In this document: positions 7,980 to 13,348 of the stretch, in pieces | Layout of the letters: each line of letters starts with the position of its first letter | Numbering within the stretch: position 1 is the first letter of the stretch | NCBI GenBank assembly: GCA_965369655.1 | Contig: CBDUQR010000059.1 | Span: forward strand, 1 to 13,348 | Source: an uncultured bacterium | GTDB lineage: Bacteria > Zixibacteria > MSB-5A5 > JAABVY01 > JAHJOQ01 | Length of the DNA stretch: 13,348 bases | Reading direction: 5' to 3' | Made by a program: the position numbers and the translations under genes | The notes under the pieces: model-generated | What the model was told of the DNA's origin: nothing | The model's database searches: none | Seen by the model: only the letters and a program-made list of their open reading frames with translations

Positions 7980-8392
7980 TGTTTCCGGCAAGAACATGGA
8001 GAGAATATCCGCAGAGATACAGGCTCGAAGCGGTCAAATGTACGAAGGACAATACGGTCTACTTTCCTCCGAGGCTGGTGAGACCCGGCACGCTTGAGAC
8101 CGATTGTTTTGAGCCATATACGCTTCCCGACGAGGGAACGATATACACGTTTACTGTGATCGAAGTGCCGCCGAACCAGTTCAAGGACGAGGCACCGTAC
8201 GTTGTGGCGATCATCGAACTCGTAGACGGGACCAAGATCACCTGCCAGGTGGCTGACTGTGATCCGAAAAAACTTGAGATCGGACAGAAGGTGAAAATGG
8301 AGTTCCGGCGCATACAGACGCACGAGGAGCATGGCGTGCTGTCGTATGGCTACAAGGCCGTCCCGGCCATCAAGGGTGTGACGACGGTATAA
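7979..8392 (+). CDS. DUF35-family (ribbon + OB-fold) scaffold protein of the thiolase/HMG-CoA synthase complex
   Basis: 137 aa with [37 protein letters not shown] and YGYK. Its start overlaps the thiolase stop (TGATG). Confidence 0.92.
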   Translation: MFPARTWREYPQRYRLEAVKCTKDNTVYFPPRLVRPGTLETDCFEPYTLPDEGTIYTFTVIEVPPNQFKDEAPYVVAIIELVDGTKITCQVADCDPKKLEIGQKVKMEFRRIQTHEEHGVLSYGYKAVPAIKGVTTV

Positions 8393-8396
8393 TCAG

Positions 8397-10004
8397 ATGT
8401 ATCGAATAGAATCAAAGATCGACACAAACTCGCCTGACTTCAAGGCGAACAGAGATAAGTTTCTCAAGCTCTCCTCGCAGCTTCGCGAACATCTTTCTAC
8501 GATAAAGAAGGGCGGCCCTGACTATATGGTCGAGCGGCATCACAAGCGCGGGAAACTGACTGCTCGTGAGCGGCTCGATCTTCTCTTCGACAAGAACACA
8601 CCGTTTGTAGAACTGTCGCCTTTGGCCGCATGGGATGAGTACGATAATGAAGCGCCTTCGGCGGGTATGGTTACAGGCGTTGGGGTCGTGCATGGGCGAG
8701 AGGTGCTTGTCGTCGCGAATGATGCCACGGTGAAAGGCGGGACATATTTTCCGCTGACTATCAAGAAGCATGTTCGCGCTCAGCAGGTCGCGCTCGAGAA
8801 TCGTCTGCCATGCATCTACCTCGTCGACTCGGGTGGGATATTCCTTCCCCACCAGTCGGGAACATTCCCGGACCAGGATCACTTCGGGCGAATATTCTAC
8901 AACCAGGCCAGACTATCGGCGCTCGGCATTCCTCAGATTGCTGTCGTGATGGGATCGTGCACGGCGGGTGGCGCTTATGTGCCCGCGATGTCGGATGAGG
9001 CGGTTATCGTCAGGAAGCAGGGGACGATTTTCATCGGCGGTCCGCCGCTCGTGAAGGCGGCTACCGGTGAGACCGTATCGGATGAGGATTTGGGTGGCGC
9101 GGATGTCCACTGCAGGATTTCCGGCGTGGCGGATCATTATGCCCGCGATGACAAGCATGCTATCGCGATTGCGAGGAACATCATCGAGTGTCTCGAAAGG
9201 TCGAAGAAGTTCCCGCTCGATATCACAACTCCCGAGGACCCGTACTACGATCCGGAAGAGCTATACGGAGTCGTGCCAGTAGACCTTAAGAGACAGTACG
9301 ACATTCGAGAAGTGATCGCGCGCATCGTCGACGGTTCGCGCTTCCAGGAGTTCAAGGAACTCTACGGAATCACTCTCGTCTGCGGCTTTGCGCGAATCAT
9401 GGGATACCCGGTCGGGATACTCGGCAACAATGGCGTACTGTTCTCCGAGAGTTCGGTCAAGGGTGCGCATTTCATCGAATTGTGTACCGCACGGAAAATA
9501 CCGCTTCTCTTTCTGCAGAATATCACAGGGTTCATCGTCGGCAAGCAGTATGAACATGGCGGCATCGCGAAAGATGGCGCGAAGCTCGTTCATGCGGTAG
9601 CGAATGCTGACGTCCCGAAATTCACGGTTGTGGTCGGTGGATCGTACGGCGCGGGCAACTACGCCATGTGCGGGCGCGGGTATTTCCCGAGACTGCTCTG
9701 GATGTGGCCGAACTCGAAGATATGCGTCATGGGTGGCGAACAGGCCGCCGGCGTTCTTCTCACTGTCAAAATGCGTCAACTGAAGAAGAAGGGTGTCGAG
9801 ATGACGCCTGAAGAGCAGAAGGAATTCATGAGACCGATTATCGAGGGGTATGAACGGGAATCATCGCCATATTACTCGACATCGCATATATGGGACGATG
9901 GGATCATCGACCCGGTCGACACGAGGACTCTTCTCGGTCTCGGGATTTCCATGTCTCTCAATCAACCGATTCCGGATCAACGATACGGCATATTCAGGAT
10001 GTAG
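8397..10004 (+). CDS. liuB: 3-methylcrotonyl-CoA carboxylase beta (carboxyltransferase) subunit
   Basis: 535 aa with [88 protein letters not shown] and the terminal GIFRM, all typical of MccB. Confidence 0.92.
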   Translation: MYRIESKIDTNSPDFKANRDKFLKLSSQLREHLSTIKKGGPDYMVERHHKRGKLTARERLDLLFDKNTPFVELSPLAAWDEYDNEAPSAGMVTGVGVVHGREVLVVANDATVKGGTYFPLTIKKHVRAQQVALENRLPCIYLVDSGGIFLPHQSGTFPDQDHFGRIFYNQARLSALGIPQIAVVMGSCTAGGAYVPAMSDEAVIVRKQGTIFIGGPPLVKAATGETVSDEDLGGADVHCRISGVADHYARDDKHAIAIARNIIECLERSKKFPLDITTPEDPYYDPEELYGVVPVDLKRQYDIREVIARIVDGSRFQEFKELYGITLVCGFARIMGYPVGILGNNGVLFSESSVKGAHFIELCTARKIPLLFLQNITGFIVGKQYEHGGIAKDGAKLVHAVANADVPKFTVVVGGSYGAGNYAMCGRGYFPRLLWMWPNSKICVMGGEQAAGVLLTVKMRQLKKKGVEMTPEEQKEFMRPIIEGYERESSPYYSTSHIWDDGIIDPVDTRTLLGLGISMSLNQPIPDQRYGIFRM

Positions 10005-10013
10005 GACAAACTT

Positions 10014-10799
10014 ATGGATTACGAAACTCTAACCTATCACCGCAAGACAAAACTGGGTGAGATAGTATTCTCTCGACCTGAAGTCCACAATGCGTTCAAC
10101 TCGAAAATGATCGAGGAGCTTTACGATGTTTTTGAGCGCATACAGAAAGACCGCTCCATTAGAGTGGTCGTCCTGACAGGCGAAGGGAAATCCTTCTGCG
10201 CCGGCGCCGACCTCAACTGGATGCGTGCGGTGCAAGACTACGGTTATGAGAAAAACTTCTCCGAGTCGATGCAACTCGCTGAAGTGTTTCATAAGATATA
10301 CACCTGTCCGAAGCCGGTAATTGGTCGCATTAATGGCGCCGCCATCGGCGGAGGTACCGGGTTCGTGGCGGTTTGCGACATCGCAATCGCTTCGACGGAA
10401 GCGATTTTTTCGTTCTCAGAAGTGAAGATTGGCGTGGTGCCTGCCTGCATTTCGCCGTATGTCGTAAAGCGAGTCGGCGAGGGGAGAGCGCGCGAATTCT
10501 TTCTCACGGGCGAAAGGCTCAGTGCGGAGCGGGCGTATGAGACAGGACTCGTGAACAGAGTCGTGCCTCCTGAGCGTCTCGACGAGGAAGTCGAGGCTAT
10601 GGTCGGACAGCTCATATCCTCCGGACCGGAAGCGGTGAAGAGGTGCAAAGAATTGCTGGCGAAGATTTCAGATATGGATATGCAGGAAGCGAAGGTTCAT
10701 ACGGCCAAGTTTATTGCCAACCTGCGAAAGTCTGACGAAGGGCAGGAAGGTATGGACGCATTCCTGAACAAGCGCAAGCCGAACTGGGTGACGGAGTGA
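10014..10799 (+). CDS. liuC: Enoyl-CoA hydratase family protein, probable 3-methylglutaconyl-CoA hydratase
   Basis: 261 aa with RPEVHNAF, FCAGADLNWM, GAAIGGGTG, FSEVKIGVVPA and EGQEGMDAFLNKRKPNW. It lies between the MCC beta and alpha genes, as in liu clusters. Confidence 0.88.
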   Translation: MDYETLTYHRKTKLGEIVFSRPEVHNAFNSKMIEELYDVFERIQKDRSIRVVVLTGEGKSFCAGADLNWMRAVQDYGYEKNFSESMQLAEVFHKIYTCPKPVIGRINGAAIGGGTGFVAVCDIAIASTEAIFSFSEVKIGVVPACISPYVVKRVGEGRAREFFLTGERLSAERAYETGLVNRVVPPERLDEEVEAMVGQLISSGPEAVKRCKELLAKISDMDMQEAKVHTAKFIANLRKSDEGQEGMDAFLNKRKPNWVTE

Positions 10800-10810
10800 T
10801 ACTGTCCTGA

Positions 10811-12328
10811 ATGAAACAGACATTTGACAAGATACTGATAGCGAACAGGGGCGAGATAGCCTGTCGGATTATTCACGCCTGCCGCGAGCTTGGTGTGCTC
10901 TCTGCCGTCGTTTATTCCGAGGCTGACACCAGGGCACTCCATGTCCTGATGGCGGATGAGGCCGTATGTATTGGTCCACCGCCCCCGCTCGAAAGCTATC
11001 TGGCTATGGATAAGATCATCGCAGCGGCGAAAGAGATCGGCTGCGACGCTATTCATCCCGGCTACGGTTTCCTTGCTGAGAATCATCGGTTCGCTCAACT
11101 CTGCGCTGATGAAGAGTTGGTATTCATCGGGTCGCATCCCGATTCGATCCGTGTGATGGGTAACAAGGTCGAGGCGCGCCAGATGATGATTGATGCCGGA
11201 GTTCCTGTCATACCTGGAATGCAGGCATCCTCAGTCGATGTCTCCCTATTCGAGAAGGAAGCAGACAAAGTCGGATATCCTGTTCTGTTGAAAGCTGCTG
11301 CCGGAGGTGGCGGCAAGGGGATGCGGGTTGTCGACAAGCCTGATGATCTCGGTGATGCGCTCGAAGGTGCACAGAGAGAGGCTAAGTCTGCTTTCGGCGA
11401 TGACTCCGTGTATCTCGAAAAGTTCATCGAGAGTCCACGTCATATCGAATTCCAGGTCTTTGGCGATCATCACGGAAACGCTATTCATCTGTTCGAGAGA
11501 GAATGCTCGATTCAGAGAAGGCATCAGAAGATAATCGAAGAGACACCCTCAGTTGCGCTGACTCCGGAGATTCGCAGCCGAATGGGTGATGCGGCAGTAA
11601 AGGTTGTACAGGCGTGCAAGTACTCGAATGCAGGAACAGTCGAGTTCCTGTTGGACAAGAGCGGTGACTTCTATTTCCTCGAAATGAACACGCGCATTCA
11701 GGTCGAGCACCCGATTACCGAGATGGTGGTCGGAGTCGATCTGGTCGTGGAGCAGATAAGGGTTGCTGCCGGGCAGGAACTTTCGTTCAAGCAGGAATCG
11801 TTAGCGCAGACCGGACACGCCATCGAGTGCAGGATTTACGCCGAGGATGCAGCTAATAATTTCCTTCCTGCGGCAGGCAGGATCGAATACTTGAAAGAAC
11901 CGACCGGCCCGGGAGTTCGCGTCGATAGCGGCATTTACTCGGGCGACGAGGTTTCGGTCTTCTACGACCCGATTCTCTCGAAACTGATCGTCTGGGGGCC
12001 GGATCGTGAATCCGCGCGGAAGCGAATGATCAAGGCGCTTTCGGAGTATGTAATTCTCGGTGTGACAACTCAGACAGACTATTTGCGCGACGTCCTCAAG
12101 CATGATGAATTCATTCAGGGTCGCACCTACACCGATTTTATTCCGACTCACATGCCCGACTGGAAGCCTGCTGATCCCGGTGACGATGAATTGCATCTCA
12201 TCCTCGCGGGCGCGGCGTTTGCCGATCAGCTTTCACCTAAGTCTGTCGTTGTCTCCGGTAATGGAGAAGCAGTGATGCCGACGCCGTGGCAGACTATCGG
12301 CAAGTGGGAAATTGGCGCGGGATCATAA
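10811..12328 (+). CDS. Biotin carboxylase subunit (AccC family; N-terminal part of a split methylcrotonyl-CoA carboxylase alpha, LiuD-like)
   Basis: 505 aa with KILIANRGEIA, IHPGYGFLAEN, KAAAGGGGKGMR, ERECSIQRRHQK, FLEMNTRIQVEHP and RIYAED. It has no biotin-attachment domain and ends with a PTPW..W motif. Confidence 0.93.
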   Translation: MKQTFDKILIANRGEIACRIIHACRELGVLSAVVYSEADTRALHVLMADEAVCIGPPPPLESYLAMDKIIAAAKEIGCDAIHPGYGFLAENHRFAQLCADEELVFIGSHPDSIRVMGNKVEARQMMIDAGVPVIPGMQASSVDVSLFEKEADKVGYPVLLKAAAGGGGKGMRVVDKPDDLGDALEGAQREAKSAFGDDSVYLEKFIESPRHIEFQVFGDHHGNAIHLFERECSIQRRHQKIIEETPSVALTPEIRSRMGDAAVKVVQACKYSNAGTVEFLLDKSGDFYFLEMNTRIQVEHPITEMVVGVDLVVEQIRVAAGQELSFKQESLAQTGHAIECRIYAEDAANNFLPAAGRIEYLKEPTGPGVRVDSGIYSGDEVSVFYDPILSKLIVWGPDRESARKRMIKALSEYVILGVTTQTDYLRDVLKHDEFIQGRTYTDFIPTHMPDWKPADPGDDELHLILAGAAFADQLSPKSVVVSGNGEAVMPTPWQTIGKWEIGAGS

Positions 12329-12329
12329 G

Positions 12330-12842
12330 ATGAACTACGAATATCGATTTGGCGGCGAGGAGTATTCGGTTTCGGTTGACAAAGCCGAAGAGGGATACAA
12401 AGTCACTGTAGGTGATACTTCGTTCCCACTCAAGGTCACGCGAATTGACTCCAACACATATCTACTGACTTCTGACAATGGCTCAAAACGCCTGCTCCAC
12501 ATCGCACACACCGACGGCAAAGTTTATCTCCAGATGGACGGTCGGGTGCATGTTCTCGAAGATGTGCTTGCGGATGAGGATTCCGGCGGTGGCGCTGCAG
12601 CAAGCGATATCGTCGATGGTGTGCAGAAAGTGATCGCGCCAATGCCCGGCAAGCTTGTTAAGGTAACCGTATCCGAGGGCGAGAAGGTCACCAAGGGGAT
12701 GACAGTCTGCATCGTCGAGGCTATGAAGATGGAGAATGTCGTGCAGGCCAGGCTCGACGGTGTAGTGAAGAACATCGCTTTTGAGCCGGGCGACCTCGTC
12801 GATACCGACAAACCAATCCTCGAAGTTGTATCAGAAGACTGA
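12330..12842 (+). CDS. Biotin carboxyl carrier protein with an N-terminal beta-rich (BT-like) region
   Basis: APMPGK..V..G..V and the biotinylation motif EAMKMEN. The ATG at 12330 lies 1 nt after the previous stop and is preferred over the overlapping TTG at 12312. Confidence 0.92.
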   Translation: MNYEYRFGGEEYSVSVDKAEEGYKVTVGDTSFPLKVTRIDSNTYLLTSDNGSKRLLHIAHTDGKVYLQMDGRVHVLEDVLADEDSGGGAAASDIVDGVQKVIAPMPGKLVKVTVSEGEKVTKGMTVCIVEAMKMENVVQARLDGVVKNIAFEPGDLVDTDKPILEVVSED

Positions 12843-12872
12843 GATTTCAGCGCAACTTGATTCAGATATTTC

Positions 12873-12967
12873 CCATTGTGTGCACACAGTGGCTGTGCCA
12901 CTGTGATCTCAGCTTACTGCACAGCAAGTAGATACAGCACAGAATCCGCAGGGGCATAGCCCCCGCG
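12873..12967 (+). other. Hairpin-rich 3' region of the operon (possible terminator or stabilising structures)
   Basis: Perfect 9-bp stem cacagtggc-tgt-gccactgtg (12885-12905), an overlapping near-palindrome ccattgtgtgcacacagtgg (12873-12892), and cgcaggggc-ata-gcccccgcg (12947-12967). Neither hairpin is followed by a U-tract. Confidence 0.4.
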
Positions 12968-13003
12968 AGCACTTGAAAAGGCATGTTGAGAAAACTTAGA
13001 CCT

Positions 13004-13031
13004 CGTCATTGCGAGCGAAGCGTGGCAATCT
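13004..13031 (+). repeat. Dispersed copy of the CGTC-tagged palindromic element
   Basis: cgtcattgcgagcgaagcgtggcaatct versus 5213-5240 cgtcattgcgagcggaacgtggcaatct: 26/28 identical. Confidence 0.85.
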
Positions 13032-13061
13032 TGAATCGTGGCCGCCCGATCTGACGCTCTC

Positions 13062-13348
13062 TAGTGGTATGACACATATATAGTGCTATAGTTTCTTCCA
13101 CTTGTAGGGTTTGGGATTGTCGTTAAGATAGCGGACGCCGTTTAGTAGAGCTTGTTCGATCTCGGCTGGTGTTTTGTAGTAGGTGTTGTCCAATGCTGTT
13201 CGCTTTAGGGTTGAGAAGTAGGATTCGATCAAGTTGAGCCAGGAGGAGTTCGTTGGTGTCCAGTAGACCTGCAAGCGGCGACGAATTCGCCGGGGAAGTT
13301 CACGGAGCGCCTTTTTGTGTGCACTGAGATTGTCCATAACAAGATGAA
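13062..13348 (-). mobile_element. Right-hand portion of an IS630-family insertion sequence (cut by the window edge)
   Basis: Transposase C-terminus on the minus strand. The candidate element end is the TA at 13062-13063 (ctagtggtatgacac...), consistent with IS630 TA targeting. The partner inverted repeat is outside the window, so the boundary is tentative. Confidence 0.75.
13086..13348 (-). CDS. IS630-family transposase (DDE_3), 5'-partial
   Basis: The frame stays open to the window edge: HLVMDNLSAHK...WTPTNSSWLNLIESYFSTLKR...PKPYKW, matching the IS630 'DN..aH' and 'P..SSWLN.IE' catalytic motifs. Confidence 0.88.
   Translation of the reverse strand, partial: HLVMDNLSAHKKALRELPRRIRRRLQVYWTPTNSSWLNLIESYFSTLKRTALDNTYYKTPAEIEQALLNGVRYLNDNPKPYKWKKL

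Noticed and set aside
5762-8392. PhlABC-type (diacetylphloroglucinol) acyltransferase, which has the same three folds
   Set aside because: The HMGCS-like gene retains the Glu80/Cys112/His234 triad, there is no type III PKS (phlD), and the neighbouring genes act on HMG-CoA-related thioesters.
5762-10799. Polyketide beta-branching (HCS) cassette, suggested by HMGCS plus an enoyl-CoA hydratase
   Set aside because: There is no ACP, ketosynthase, second ECH or PKS in the window, and the HMGCS is archaeal-type rather than PksG-type.

Overview
Bacterial genomic window. A C-terminal dockerin-like tail of the '[28 protein letters not shown]' type suggests a Zixibacteria-like host (inference). The left ~5.5 kb is a mosaic: a cluster of REP-like palindromes, an orphan RND/AcrB-type fragment, an intact corA, a 48-aa stub of a secreted protein, an AT-richer 996-aa secreted repeat protein (Ig-like, 7x FG-GAP, 10x thrombospondin type-3, dockerin), a second palindrome cluster with compensatory base changes, and a truncated SIR2-like gene. 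From 5762 to 12842 is a tightly packed 7-gene operon behind a good sigma70-type promoter. It joins the archaeal-type HMG-CoA synthase / thiolase / DUF35 triad to a methylcrotonyl-CoA carboxylase (beta subunit plus a split alpha: biotin carboxylase and biotin carrier) and a methylglutaconyl-CoA hydratase. No HMG-CoA lyase, isovaleryl-CoA dehydrogenase or HMG-CoA reductase is in the operon. This HMG-CoA-centred hybrid operon is the most interesting feature. The window ends in the 3' part of an IS630-family transposase. All assignments come from motif recognition by eye; no searches were run.
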